The notes: generated by a model from the sequence alone, not told the origin. 64,000 nt of DNA from Thermoplasmata archaeon (GCA_034667685.1 JAXDQU010000106.1:1-64000), one strand, 5' to 3'. Shown: positions 9,517-19,676, counted from the first letter of the stretch. Numbers and translations: made by a program.

Positions 9517-11544
9517 TCATGAGGTTTGGGCAGGCAGGCTGAAGGCGAAGGTGGCGCCGCGGCCGGGGCCGTCGCTGCGGCAGCCGATGTGGCCGCCGTG
9601 CGACTCGACGATCCCGCGGGAGACGTAGAGCCCGAGGCCGGCGCCGGAGCGCGTCTTCTCCATCTTGTCGTGGACCTGGCTGAAGGGCTGGAAGAGGCGC
9701 GCGACGTCCTCCGCGCGCAGCCCCGCGCCGGTGTCGATGACCTCGACGGAGGCGCCCGGGTGGAGGTCGCGCACGCGGACGACGACCTCGCCCCCGCGCG
9801 GCGTGAACTTCAGCGCGTTGCGGATGAGGTTGAAGAGGACCTGCGTGACGCGCGGCGCGTCCGCGGGCACGACGACGGGATCGCCCTCCACGCGCAGGAC
9901 GATGCCCTCCTGCGCCGCGGCCTCGGCGAAGGACTCGACCGCCTCGGCGGCGAGCTTGCGCATGTCGGTGGGCTCGGGCGCGATGTCGAGGCGGCCCGAT
10001 TGCACGCGCGCCGAGTCGAGCACGTCGCGCAGCAGGCGGCCGAGCTGGTCGACGTTGCGCACGAGCACGGTGACGCCGTTGCGCTGGCGCTCGGTGAGCG
10101 GGCCCAGCTTCTCGTTGCCGAGCAGGTGCGCCTGGAGCTTGATGGGGGTGAGCGGCGTGCCAAGCTCGTGCGCGGCGTTGTTGATGAACTGCGTCTTGAG
10201 GCGGTCCATCTCGCGCAGGCGCTCGTTGACGAGCTGCAATTCGCGCTGCTCCTGGAGGGCGCGCTCGGCGCGGCGCCGCTCGGTCACGTCGCGGAAGCTC
10301 CAGACGCGGCCGATGACGTCGTCGCCCGAACGCTGCGGCTGCGAGTAGCGCTCGAAGATGCGCCCGTCGCGGAACGCCAGCTCGTCGAAGCTCGTCGACT
10401 GCGCGTCGTCGTAGAGCTCCGCGACCTTGCTCACGAACCCGTCGGGGTCCTGGAGCTGCTCCTTGACGAAGGTGAGCGCGAGCTTGTCGTCGCCCTCGTG
10501 GAGCAGCGACATCGGGACGCCCCACATCTCGACGAACTTCTTGTTGAAGCCCGCGATGCGGCCGGAGCGGTCGACGACGAGGATGCCGTCGGTCGTGGAC
10601 TCCAGCGTGGCGGCGAGCGTCGAGACCGCGCGGCGCAGCGCCGCTTCCGCGAGCTTGCGCTCGGTGACGTCGCGCAGCGTCATCACGTGGCCGATCACGA
10701 CGTCGTTGTTGCGGATCGGCGTGCGCTCGACCTCGACGGAGAGGCTCGTGCCGTCCTTGCGCGCGAGCTCGACGCCCTCCTCGGCGCGCAGGCCCCAGGT
10801 GGCGGAGCCCTCGCGCGTCGCGGCGTGGACGAACGCGTCGATGGGCTTGCCCAGGAGCGCGCTCACCTCGTGCTGCGTCATGGTGGCCGCGGCCGGGTTG
10901 GCGAAGGTGATCTTGCCCCCGAGGTCGAGGCCCACGATGCCCTCGCCGGCGCTGTCGAGCACGAGCGCGGTGCGGCGGCGCGCGGTCTCGGCGACCTTCC
11001 AGCCCATCAGCAGCGCGACGCTCTCGCCCAGGACGAGCGTGGCGTGGATCATCGCCCACTGCCAGGGGTGCGCGTAGGCGTCCGCGTGGTTGTAGACGAG
11101 CGTGGGGAAGATCGTGCCCACGATGCCGTGGTCGAGCGCGACGTAGCCCACCGCGAGGAGGAACGGGATCCAGTCCATGTAGAGGGCGATGACGGCGAGC
11201 ACGACGAAGAAGTGGAAGTGCGCCTCGATGTAGCCGCCGCTGAACTGCACGATGACGGCGCTGGCGGTCACGAGGGCCAGGGCCGCGACGGCGCCGCGGA
11301 AGCGACGCTTGGTGCCCGGGAACGCCGCGATCAGGCCGATGAGGCCGATCAGCGCGCCTTCGGCCAGGCTCTGCGGGGCGGAGAAGCCGCGGTAGAGGCC
11401 GAAGATGGCGACGCCCACCGCGTGGGCAAAGACGACCCACAGGATCGCGCGGTGGCGCGCGCCCCACTCGTCCTCGGGAAGCTCGCGTCCTTCCGGCAGG
11501 GCGCGGCGGAGGCCGACCCAGGCGCGCGCGGTGAGGCTCGTCAC
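9517..11544 (-). CDS. Membrane sensor histidine kinase with two PAS domains
   Basis: EAHFHFF membrane domain, PAS (FANPAA; GFNKKF), H-box AHELGTPL, NLIRNALKF, DTGAG, GAGLGL. Confidence 0.93.
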   Translation of the reverse strand: MTSLTARAWVGLRRALPEGRELPEDEWGARHRAILWVVFAHAVGVAIFGLYRGFSAPQSLAEGALIGLIGLIAAFPGTKRRFRGAVAALALVTASAVIVQFSGGYIEAHFHFFVVLAVIALYMDWIPFLLAVGYVALDHGIVGTIFPTLVYNHADAYAHPWQWAMIHATLVLGESVALLMGWKVAETARRRTALVLDSAGEGIVGLDLGGKITFANPAAATMTQHEVSALLGKPIDAFVHAATREGSATWGLRAEEGVELARKDGTSLSVEVERTPIRNNDVVIGHVMTLRDVTERKLAEAALRRAVSTLAATLESTTDGILVVDRSGRIAGFNKKFVEMWGVPMSLLHEGDDKLALTFVKEQLQDPDGFVSKVAELYDDAQSTSFDELAFRDGRIFERYSQPQRSGDDVIGRVWSFRDVTERRRAERALQEQRELQLVNERLREMDRLKTQFINNAAHELGTPLTPIKLQAHLLGNEKLGPLTERQRNGVTVLVRNVDQLGRLLRDVLDSARVQSGRLDIAPEPTDMRKLAAEAVESFAEAAAQEGIVLRVEGDPVVVPADAPRVTQVLFNLIRNALKFTPRGGEVVVRVRDLHPGASVEVIDTGAGLRAEDVARLFQPFSQVHDKMEKTRSGAGLGLYVSRGIVESHGGHIGCRSDGPGRGATFAFSLPAQTS

Positions 11545-11639
11545 GCGCGGGGCGTTCGGCAGGGAGCAGATGAAGGCGCGGGAAGGGACGTTCCGCCACT
11601 TCCGTCGGCCGGATGGCCCCGGCCGCTCGCGGAGGACGC

Positions 11640-12023
11640 ATGCGCGGGGCGGTGCGCGCGGCGGGCATCCTCTCCCTCGCGGCGGGGCTGGTCCACGCCG
11701 ACCTGGGCCCGGCGCACTTCCGCGTCTGGTGGGGGTACGGCCTCTTCTTCGCCGTCGCGGCGCTCGCGCAGATCGTGCTGGGCCTCGCGCTCCTGATGGA
11801 CGCGCTGCCGCGCATGCGCCCCGTCTACGTCGCCGGCATCGTGGGCAACCTCGCGCTCATCGGGCTCTACGTCCTCACGCGCACCGCGGGCATCCCGCTC
11901 CTCGGTCCGGCGGCGGGCGGCGTCGAGCGCGTGGCGCCGCTCGACGTCGTCACGGAGGCCATGCAGGCGATCACGATCGCGCTGCTCGCGCGCGGCCTCG
12001 TCACATCGAGCGCAGGCGCTTGA
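11640..12023 (+). CDS. Hypothetical membrane protein
   Basis: 4 TM segments, AGLVH..HF..WWGYG.FF motif. Confidence 0.65.
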   Translation: MRGAVRAAGILSLAAGLVHADLGPAHFRVWWGYGLFFAVAALAQIVLGLALLMDALPRMRPVYVAGIVGNLALIGLYVLTRTAGIPLLGPAAGGVERVAPLDVVTEAMQAITIALLARGLVTSSAGA

Positions 12024-12906
12024 TGCGCTCGTCCAGCGGCGGGTGGGTGCTCCACGGGCTGGAGCTGGAGAGGTGGTTCCACGGGTTGGCGATGTAGAGC
12101 GCCGCGGCCGTGCGCGAGCCCTTCGGGTCGTCGGGCAGGTCGGCCTTGATCTTCTCCAGCGCGTCGGCGAGGCCCTGCGGGTTGCGCGTGAGCTTCGCCC
12201 CGGTCGCGTCGGCGAGGTACTCGCGCCTCCGTGATAGCATGAGGTAGACGAGGCGCGAGAGGATGGGCGCCAGGATCAGCGCCGCGATCGCGACGACGAT
12301 CAGGACCGGGCTCCCCTTGCGGTCGCGCCCGCGTCCTCCGCCGAACCACAGGAGGCGCGTGCCGATCTCGGCGAGCATGGCGATGGCGCCCACCACGCCC
12401 ACCGTGACGGTGGCGAGGCGCACGTCGTAGTTGGCGACGTGGCTCATCTCGTGGCCGATGACGCCTTCGAGCTCCTCCTGCGAGAGCTGCTCGATCGCGC
12501 CCCGCGTGACGCAGATGACGCTCTTCTGGGGTGCCAGGCCCGTGGCGAAGGCGTTGATGTCGCGCGAGTCCTGGATGTACACCTGCGGCACGGGGAGGCC
12601 CGCGGCGATCGCCATCTCCTCGACCTTGTACTGGAGGAGCTTCTCCTCGCGCACGTTGGGGTTCGCCGGGCGCGCCTCGGCCGCGAGCAGCACGGTGCTC
12701 GTGGCGTTGGCGTAGGCGATGCCCACGTAGGCGAGCGCGACCACGAGCGCGATCGCGCCCGTGACGACGGGCTCTGCGCCCAGGACCGCGCCCACGGCGA
12801 AGACGACGCCGAAGAGGATCAGCAGCATCAGCGCCTCGACGAGCACGGTCTGGCGCTTGTTGCGCGCGATCTGCTCGGCGAAGCTGACCTTGGCGGGCTC
12901 GCTCAT
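12001..12906 (-). CDS. htpX: M48 zinc metalloprotease HtpX
   Basis: NAFATG, HEMSH, SRRREYLAD, STHPP; overlaps lemA stop. Confidence 0.92.
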   Translation of the reverse strand: MSEPAKVSFAEQIARNKRQTVLVEALMLLILFGVVFAVGAVLGAEPVVTGAIALVVALAYVGIAYANATSTVLLAAEARPANPNVREEKLLQYKVEEMAIAAGLPVPQVYIQDSRDINAFATGLAPQKSVICVTRGAIEQLSQEELEGVIGHEMSHVANYDVRLATVTVGVVGAIAMLAEIGTRLLWFGGGRGRDRKGSPVLIVVAIAALILAPILSRLVYLMLSRRREYLADATGAKLTRNPQGLADALEKIKADLPDDPKGSRTAAALYIANPWNHLSSSSPWSTHPPLDERIKRLRSM

Positions 12907-13472
12907 GAGAACTTGACCTTGGGCGCCTCGCGGTCCGCGGGCGGGATCTCGAGCATGGGGCGCTTCGTCTTGCCCAGCGAGCCCGCGAAGAGCGTGCCGG
13001 GGAAGGTGGTGACGGCGTTGTTGTAGCGGAGCACCTCGTCGTTGTAGAACTGGCGCGCGAAGCCCACCTTGTTCTCGGTGTGCGTCAGCTCGTCCTGGAG
13101 CTGGAGGAAGTTCTGGTTCGCCTTGAGGTCGGGGTACGCCTCGGCCACCGCGAAGAGCTTGCCCAGCGCGGAGGTCAGCATGTTGTTGGCGGCGTTCGCG
13201 TCCTCGGGCGTCCTGGCGTTGACGAGCGCGCTGCGCGCCGCGGTCACGCCTTCCAACGTGGTCTTCTCGTGGGCCGCGTACCCCTTCACCGTCTCGACGA
13301 GGTTGGGGATCAGGTCCGCGCGCCGCTTGAGCTGCACGTCGATCTGCGACCACGCGTTGTCCACGCTGTTGTCGGCGCGGATGATGCGGTTGCGGGCGCT
13401 CACGATGTAGAGAAGGAAGATCACGATCGCCGCGATCAGCACGATGGCGACGATGAATCCGGTTCCGGCCAT
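12903..13472 (-). CDS. lemA: LemA family protein
   Basis: NAWSQIDVQLKRRADLIPNLVETVKGYA, EAYPDLKAN. Confidence 0.95.
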   Translation of the reverse strand: MAGTGFIVAIVLIAAIVIFLLYIVSARNRIIRADNSVDNAWSQIDVQLKRRADLIPNLVETVKGYAAHEKTTLEGVTAARSALVNARTPEDANAANNMLTSALGKLFAVAEAYPDLKANQNFLQLQDELTHTENKVGFARQFYNDEVLRYNNAVTTFPGTLFAGSLGKTKRPMLEIPPADREAPKVKFS

Positions 13473-13530
13473 GGTATGCCTAGAGGCCCTCATCGCGCGC
13501 TTTCGGCGTTAGGCTTTGCATGGAAGCTTC

Positions 13531-14418
13531 CTAGCGGCGGCGCAGGGCGATCGCGACGATCACGGCGCCGATCACCAGAAGCCCGAAGCCGAAGCCGGGC
13601 GCCTTGGCGGGCGTCGACGAGGCCGGCGTGGTGGCGCCGCCGCTCGTGCCGGAGGCGGGGGTCGAGCCGGAGGGCGTCGTGCCCGCGGGCGTGGAGCCCG
13701 ACGCGCCGCCGCTGGCGCCGTTGCACTTGTAGCCCTGCAGCTCCAGCGTCACGGTGGAGCCGCCCTGGGGGTTGGGCGACTCGGCCTTCACGAAGCCGCA
13801 GGCGTCGGGCGCGTACCACGAGTTGAGCGTCACGTTGTTGGTGGTCGCCTCGATCACGAGCGCGTCGAAGGTGCCCGCCGCGACGGTGATCTTCTCCTCG
13901 CGCGCGACCGTGTAGACGCCGTGCGTGGTCTTCGTCTGCTGCTGGCCGCTGGGCGAGGTGGTCGTGATGGTGCAGTCGACCGTCCACGTCTTGCCCACCG
14001 ACATCGGGTACTGGAACGTCGCGCAGGGCGGGTTGTACTCCGTGGTCGTGGTCTGGCCGCGGCTCGTGGAGACGGACTTCAGCGACGCGAAGTCGTCGAC
14101 GCGCGTCCACGCGGTCGTGTCGCTCGTCGCGGACTGGCTGATCGGCTGGCCCCCGGCGCTGCCGGTGAAGTTGCTCACGGTGTGGCTCGCGGCCTTCACC
14201 GCGTCGTAGGCGTGCCCGCCCACGGTCACGGACTCGGTGCCGGCGTAGGTCGTCGTCGTGTCGATGGTGCCCGAGCCGGTGCCGGGGATCTCGACCGTCC
14301 CGTGCAGCACCTGGTAGTCGCCGGACTTCGGCACCGGCGGCGCATCCACCACGAGCGCGGCGGAGGCGAAGGGAAGCGTCAGGACCGCGAGCAGGAGCAG
14401 GGGGGCAAGGGATCGCAT
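13531..14418 (-). CDS. Secreted Thr-rich surface protein with PGF-CTERM archaeosortase signal
   Basis: Signal peptide; ITVAAGTFDA motif; S/T/P linker; C-terminal APGF + TM + RRR. Confidence 0.8.
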   Translation of the reverse strand: MRSLAPLLLLAVLTLPFASAALVVDAPPVPKSGDYQVLHGTVEIPGTGSGTIDTTTTYAGTESVTVGGHAYDAVKAASHTVSNFTGSAGGQPISQSATSDTTAWTRVDDFASLKSVSTSRGQTTTTEYNPPCATFQYPMSVGKTWTVDCTITTTSPSGQQQTKTTHGVYTVAREEKITVAAGTFDALVIEATTNNVTLNSWYAPDACGFVKAESPNPQGGSTVTLELQGYKCNGASGGASGSTPAGTTPSGSTPASGTSGGATTPASSTPAKAPGFGFGLLVIGAVIVAIALRRR

Positions 14419-14455
14419 CGGAGCGCGCCAGGCCCTCGGCACGCAAAGCCCTTCG

Positions 14456-15376
14456 CTAGAGCGTTTCCAGCGCGCTCGCCGGGTCGAGCTTGCGCGCCGC
14501 CACGGCGTCCAGGGCCGCCTGATAGCGCGGGCTCGACTGGACCGCGCGTTCGGCCCGCTCCCGCGCCGCCACGATTATCTCGGCCGCGGCCTGAGCACGG
14601 CGCTTCGCATCCAGCCCACCATGCGTGGAGAGCCAGGCGCGGTGGCGCGCGACCTCCTCGGCGAGCGCCTCGATCCCAACGCCCGTGGCGGCGACGGTGC
14701 GCAGGACGCGGGGCGACCAGCCGCTCGCCGCGTGCTCCAGCCACGCCTCCAGCTCCGCGACGGTGCGGTCGGCGCCCTCGCGGTCGCCCTTGTTCACGAC
14801 GAAGACGTCGCCGATCTCCATGAGGCCGGCCTTGATGTTCTGGATCTCGTCGCCCAGGCCCGGCACCGCGACGACGAGCACGGTGTCGGCCAGGCGCACG
14901 ATGTCGATCTCGGCCTGGCCCACGCCCACCGTCTCCACGAGCACCACGTCCTTGCCGGAGGCGTCGAGGATGCGCGCGGCGTCGGCGGCGGCGCGCGAGA
15001 GCCCGCCCAGGTGCCCGCGCGTCGCCATGCTGCGGATGAAGACCTTCGGGTCGGTGGCGCGCTTCTCCATGCGGACACGGTCGCCCAGGAGCGCGCCGCC
15101 CGTGAAGGGGCTCGACGGATCGACCGCGACGACGCCCACGGTGCGCCCCGCCTTGCGGTGGTGCTCGATGAGCCGGTCCACGAGCGTGCTCTTGCCGCTG
15201 CCCGGCGGGCCCGTGACGCCCACGACCTGGGCGCGACCCGTGCGCGGGTACAGCGCCGCCATGAGCGGACGCGCCTCCGGGTCGCCCGACTCGACGAGGC
15301 TGATGGCGCGGGCGATGGCGCGGCGGTCGCCCTCCAGCACGCGCTTGGCGAGCGCGGCGCCCTCGCGGGGGAGCAT
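14456..15376 (-). CDS. meaB: Methylmalonyl-CoA mutase-associated GTPase MeaB
   Basis: GPPGSGKST, VDPSSPFTGGALLGDRVRM, ETVGVGQ, NKGD. Confidence 0.95.
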   Translation of the reverse strand: MLPREGAALAKRVLEGDRRAIARAISLVESGDPEARPLMAALYPRTGRAQVVGVTGPPGSGKSTLVDRLIEHHRKAGRTVGVVAVDPSSPFTGGALLGDRVRMEKRATDPKVFIRSMATRGHLGGLSRAAADAARILDASGKDVVLVETVGVGQAEIDIVRLADTVLVVAVPGLGDEIQNIKAGLMEIGDVFVVNKGDREGADRTVAELEAWLEHAASGWSPRVLRTVAATGVGIEALAEEVARHRAWLSTHGGLDAKRRAQAAAEIIVAARERAERAVQSSPRYQAALDAVAARKLDPASALETL

Positions 15377-15399
15377 CGCGCCGGAGAGCCGGCCAGGCG

Positions 15400-16206
15400 T
15401 CAAGAACGTTTCCGGAGGATCGCGAGGGCCACGACGCCCGCGAGGAGCAGCGCGAGGGGCGCGGCCGGCGACCTGGGCGAGACGGGCGGCGGGCTCGTGG
15501 TGACGCCTGGCGTCGTGCTCGGGCTCGTCGTCGTGGTCGGGGCCGGCGCCGTGCTCGTGCCGGGCGTCGTGCTGGGGATGACCGGCGTGGGCACGTTGGG
15601 CGCCTGCGCGCAGCGGAACGCGACGAGGTCCGAGCGCGCCACGAGCTGGTCGGGCGCGGCGTACGTCTCGCTGCGGACGATCTGGCACGCGGCCGGCGCC
15701 CACCAGTCGCGGCGCAGCGCGCCCCCGGGGAAGCGCCCTTCGAGGACGAAGGCGTGGAAGGCGCCGGCGGGCACGGCGAGGTCCTCCTCGCGCAGCACGG
15801 TCCAGTTGGCCGCGATCGTCGGCGTGGAGCCGTCGCTGCCGCGCAGCGCGCACGAGACGTTCCACGCGTCGCCCACGTGGAGCGGGAAGCGCGTCTCGCG
15901 GCAGGGGGCGTCGAGCGAGTACGTGACCGGGCCCGACGACTCGCGCATGAGGGCGAGGTCCTCGTCGCGGTACCAGGCGCTCTGCGACGCGGTGCCGTTG
16001 CGCGCCGTCGAGACGTTCCAGGCGTTGGCGAGCGTCCCGGCCGCCACGCGCTCCAGCCCGCCCACGGTGAGCGTGGCGTTCCCGCCCCCTTCGACGGCGT
16101 AGGACCACGCGTCTCCCTCGCTCCACGCGGGCTGCGTCATGGAGGCGGCGGCGGTGGGCACGAGCAGCACGAGGGCCAGGAGCAGGGCGCGCACGCGGGT
16201 GGGCAC
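15400..16206 (-). CDS. Secreted surface protein, paralogue of 13531-14418, with variant C-terminal sorting signal
   Basis: Signal peptide, LAVPAGAFHA motif, Thr/Pro linker, SPAAP + TM + RKRS; GTG start inferred. Confidence 0.7.
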   Translation of the reverse strand: MPTRVRALLLALVLLVPTAAASMTQPAWSEGDAWSYAVEGGGNATLTVGGLERVAAGTLANAWNVSTARNGTASQSAWYRDEDLALMRESSGPVTYSLDAPCRETRFPLHVGDAWNVSCALRGSDGSTPTIAANWTVLREEDLAVPAGAFHAFVLEGRFPGGALRRDWWAPAACQIVRSETYAAPDQLVARSDLVAFRCAQAPNVPTPVIPSTTPGTSTAPAPTTTTSPSTTPGVTTSPPPVSPRSPAAPLALLLAGVVALAILRKRS

Positions 16207-16352
16207 GTCGCGCCCGTGCTTGGCGCTTGCGCGCGGCGGCGGAGCAACGCGAGCAGCGCCACGCCCAGCACGAAGGCCGCGAGCGGCGCGGCGGGGGCGT
16301 CCTTCGTCGTCGACGACCTCGTTGCGCACGCGGCTCGCGGAGCCGTGATAGC

Positions 16353-16760
16353 TCAGGCGTGCCGCGCGGCGGCGACCTTGCGCACGAAGTCCACGATCGT
16401 GTCGGTGGGCGTGCCGGGGCCGAAGATCTCCTTGACGCCGCGCTTCTTGAGCTCGACCGCGTCGTCGGGCGGGATGACGCCCCCGCCCAGGACGACGATG
16501 TCCTCGGCGTCCTTCTCCTTGAGAAGCTCGACCACGCGCGGCATGAGCGTCATGTGCGCGCCCGAGAGCAGCGAGAGCGCGACGATGTCCACGTCCTCCT
16601 GCACGGCGGCCTCGGCCACCTGCTCGGGCGTCTGGCGCAGGCCCGTGTAGATGACCTCCATGCCCGCGTCGCGCAGGGCGCGCGCGAGCACCTTGGCGCC
16701 GCGGTCGTGGCCATCGAGGCCCGGCTTCGCGACGAGCACGCGGATCTTGCGCTCCGACAT
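16353..16760 (-). CDS. Cobalamin-binding subunit of acyl-CoA (methylmalonyl-CoA) mutase
   Basis: [25 protein letters not shown]. Confidence 0.95.
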   Translation of the reverse strand: MSERKIRVLVAKPGLDGHDRGAKVLARALRDAGMEVIYTGLRQTPEQVAEAAVQEDVDIVALSLLSGAHMTLMPRVVELLKEKDAEDIVVLGGGVIPPDDAVELKKRGVKEIFGPGTPTDTIVDFVRKVAAARHA

Positions 16761-16941
16761 CGGCGCGGCGAGCGGGCCCTTGCGCAAATAGGTTTTCGGG
16801 GCGCGCCCAGAACCTGTTTCATGGCCTCCCCCCTGGCTACGAGGTCTTTCTTTTCACCTTCTGCGTGGCCCGGCCAGAGGCATGGGACGCAACAACAGGA
16901 GCGAATCCTGCGCGGCTGCGGCAGAGGTCGTGAAACAGCCT

Positions 16942-17250
16942 CTAGTCGCAGGGCCGCGGGTCGATCACCGGGATGTTGCAGGGCTGAATGGTCTGCCCGT
17001 CGGGGCCGCAGAGCACCTCGTACTCGTACACGCCCCGCACGGGCGGATCGACGACGAGGAAGTAGCAGACCGCGCCGCGCGAGGTGGTGTAGTTCCCCAC
17101 GCACGCCTCGGGCTGTTGGTCGTTGGGGTTCGTGAGGGGCGCGCAGGCGGTGATGGCGGAGGCCGGGGGCGCGAGGAGCAGCGGGGCCAGGCAGCAGACG
17201 AGGAGGAGGAGGAGGAGGAGGAGGAGGAGGAGGAGAGTGGGGCGGATCAC
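16942..17250 (-). CDS. Small secreted Cys-rich protein with poly-Leu signal peptide
   Basis: L12 run, ASA cleavage site, 6 Cys in mature part; GTG start inferred. Confidence 0.55.
   Translation of the reverse strand: MIRPTLLLLLLLLLLLLVCCLAPLLLAPPASAITACAPLTNPNDQQPEACVGNYTTSRGAVCYFLVVDPPVRGVYEYEVLCGPDGQTIQPCNIPVIDPRPCD
17200..17235. repeat. (GAG)12 trinucleotide microsatellite
   Basis: 12 perfect GAG units. Confidence 0.95.
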
Positions 17251-17322
17251 ACGCGAGGGCGCTCCTCCGAGGCCGTGAGGATTGTGGGCCAGTTTTTTGC
17301 CAGCCCTCCGCGCCGGCCAAAT

Positions 17323-17332
17323 GCTTATAAGC
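17323..17332. promoter_or_regulatory. Palindromic TATA-like box GCTTATAAGC in divergent intergenic region
   Basis: AT-rich box between divergent genes, upstream of larB. Confidence 0.45.
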
Positions 17333-17376
17333 GGCGGAAGAATCACCGGCTCAGCCCGGAGAGGCTTTTCTTGAGG

Positions 17377-18081
17377 GTGTCCGACTTCGCCAAGCTCGAC
17401 GTCGCACGGGAGGCCCGCACGGGCATGCCCGAGGTCGTCCTGGCGGAGGGGAAGCTCGATCACCACCTGGTGGAGATCGTCAAGGCCTTCGCCACGCGCA
17501 AGGCGCGCGTCCTCGTCTCGCGCCTCGCGCCCGATCGCCTCGCCCTCTTCGAAGGCATGCCGCACCTCGCGTACCACGAGTCCGCGCGCCTGCTCGTCGT
17601 CGGGAGGGAGGCGCCGCCCCGGACGGGCGGCCGCGTCCTCATCCTCGCGGCCGGCACGGCGGACGTCCCCGTGGCGGAGGAGGCGCGCCTGGTGGCCCAG
17701 GAGCTGGGCTGCGAGACGCGCGTCGCCTACGACGTGGGCGTCGCGGGCATCCACAGGCTCTTTCCGGAGCTCGACGCGGCCGACTGGGCCGACGTCGTGA
17801 TCGTCGCGGCCGGGCGCGAAGGCGCGCTCGGCCCCGTGGTGGCTGGCCTCGTCGATCGGCCGGTCATCGGACTCCCCGTCTCGACGGGGTATGGCATGGG
17901 CGGGAAGGGCGAAGCCGCGCTCCTCTCCATGCTCCAGGCGTGCAGCCCGCTCCTCACCGTGAACATCGACGCCGGTGTGGTGGCGGGCCTGTGCGCCGCA
18001 CAGATCGCGAACCGCGTGGCCGGGGCGCGCGAAAGCCCCGGCGAATCCGAGCCCCTGGAGAGCGGGGCAAGGAGGGCGTGA
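17377..18081 (+). CDS. larB: LarB family (AIR carboxylase-related, nickel-pincer cofactor biosynthesis)
   Basis: R.ARTGMPEVVLAEGK, AGTADVPVAEEA, DVGVAGIHRL, PVSTGYG, VNIDAG. Confidence 0.9.
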   Translation: MSDFAKLDVAREARTGMPEVVLAEGKLDHHLVEIVKAFATRKARVLVSRLAPDRLALFEGMPHLAYHESARLLVVGREAPPRTGGRVLILAAGTADVPVAEEARLVAQELGCETRVAYDVGVAGIHRLFPELDAADWADVVIVAAGREGALGPVVAGLVDRPVIGLPVSTGYGMGGKGEAALLSMLQACSPLLTVNIDAGVVAGLCAAQIANRVAGARESPGESEPLESGARRA

Positions 18082-18082
18082 C

Positions 18083-18985
18083 ATGACCGAGCAGACGAAC
18101 ACCCAGATGGAAGACGGCGCGAACACTGCAAACCAGGGCGACCTGCGCAACGCGGAGAAGGACTTCCGCAGGCTCATCGAGCGGCGCAACGAGCTCAACG
18201 ACCTCGCTCGCGAGGCGCGCGACGAGCGCGACGCGCTCAACGAGCAGAAGAAGGCCCTGGTCACCGAGATGCGCCGCCTCCAGACCGAGCGCGACGGCCG
18301 CAACGCGGCCGCGCGCGAGGAGAAGGAAAAGCGCAACGAGTTCCAGCGCCAGGCCAAGAGCCTCATCGAGAACAAGCGCAAGATGCGCAAGGACGGCTCG
18401 GGCGGCAACGCCGGCACCATCCGCACCCTCGAGAACGAGATCAAGGCGATGGAGCGCACGCAGGAGACGACGGTCATGACCGTCGCCAAGGAAAACGAGC
18501 TGCTCGACAAGATCAAGCTCAAGCGCCGCGAGATGGAGGCCGCCAAGCTCGTCTACGCCGAGGAGGCGAAGCTCCTCTCGGACGTCAAGGACATCGACGC
18601 GAAGATCGACGAGCTCTTCCGCATGGCGGACGAGGCCCACAAGCGCGTCGTCGAGCTCTCCAACGAAGGCCAGGCCCTCCACGACCAGATCGGCCCCGTG
18701 CTCGAGCAGCTGAAGTTCCTCGACGCCAAGAGCGACGAGAAGCACCAGGACTACATCGCCAAGCGCAAGGAGGCCGACGAGTTCCACGCGAAGGCCATGC
18801 TGCTGCGCGGCGAGGTCGAGAAGCTCCGCGACGCGCGCGCGAAGGCCTACGGCGAGCGCCGCGCCGAGCAGCAGGGCCAGAACAAGGACGCCCGCGAGCA
18901 GCTCTTCGACGAGGCCAAGCTCGAAGACAAGGCCGACGATGCCATGAAAGCGCTCATGGCCGGCGGCAAGATCACGCTGGGCTAA
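18083..18985 (+). CDS. Archaeal coiled-coil protein (COG1340-like)
   Basis: Long charged heptad protein ending GGKITL; GGAGG RBS. Confidence 0.75.
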   Translation: MTEQTNTQMEDGANTANQGDLRNAEKDFRRLIERRNELNDLAREARDERDALNEQKKALVTEMRRLQTERDGRNAAAREEKEKRNEFQRQAKSLIENKRKMRKDGSGGNAGTIRTLENEIKAMERTQETTVMTVAKENELLDKIKLKRREMEAAKLVYAEEAKLLSDVKDIDAKIDELFRMADEAHKRVVELSNEGQALHDQIGPVLEQLKFLDAKSDEKHQDYIAKRKEADEFHAKAMLLRGEVEKLRDARAKAYGERRAEQQGQNKDAREQLFDEAKLEDKADDAMKALMAGGKITLG

Positions 18986-19113
18986 GCCCACAGGCGCCCG
19001 CGCGGCGCCAGCCATTTTTTCCATCCTTTCGAACGCGTCAGCGTGCGCTCCCGGCTGCGCGCCGGATAGGCTGAAGCCGTGCGCGGCGCCTCGGGGCGCG
19101 AGGCCGTCCCCCC

Positions 19114-19437
19114 ATGCGCTTCTCCACCCTCTTCCTCGCCCTCGCCCTCCTCCCCGCCCTCGCGTTCCCCGTCGCCAGCGCGAACCTCACGCAGGTCTGC
19201 ACCGGCGGCCTGATCGAGTCGGTCCAGGCGTGCGCCTCGACGAACGGCTGCGCGACCGTCTGGCTCGGACCCGCCGGGCACACCGTCTGCGCGGGCTCGC
19301 TCGTGGGCGCGGTCCACGTCTGCACGACGAACCTCGTCGAGTCGGTGGGCGTGTGCGTGGACACGGCGCCCGTCTGCGTCACGCTCTACGCGGGCCCCGC
19401 CGCGACGCCCGTGTGCCTGGGCAAGCTCCTCGCCTGA
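19114..19437 (+). CDS. Small secreted Cys-rich protein
   Basis: Signal peptide ending ASA; 8 Cys; internally repeated VC units. Confidence 0.65.
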   Translation: MRFSTLFLALALLPALAFPVASANLTQVCTGGLIESVQACASTNGCATVWLGPAGHTVCAGSLVGAVHVCTTNLVESVGVCVDTAPVCVTLYAGPAATPVCLGKLLA

Positions 19438-19458
19438 GGGCGCCGCCCGACTTCTGGG

Positions 19459-19676
19459 CCGCATGCGACGCGGCGACGACGCGACGCGCGCGAAGGCGAA
19501 AAACTTCGATTCGCTTGAGGAGTGACCCCGGCGAATACCCGAGAACCCGGGCACCCGCCGACCCGACCGTAGATGTCCCGCTCGGGTTTTCGGGTCGTCG
19601 GGTTCTCGGGTCTTCGCTGGGGTCACAAGCCAACATCGCGCGCCTCGCGCTCGCCGCACGCGCCGCATGCGGAGCC
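19459..19676. repeat. Nested inverted-repeat element, family copy 1
   Basis: Outer arm GCATGCGACGCGGCGACG..; inner 28-bp stem 19522-19549/19599-19626 with 2 mismatches; homologous to 35300-35500. Confidence 0.85.

Noticed and set aside
16882-17376. Poly-Glu N-terminal extension of LarB in the ORF track
   Set aside because: It is the antisense reading of the poly-Leu ORF; a TATA-like box at 17323 and LarB homology place the start near 17371-17377
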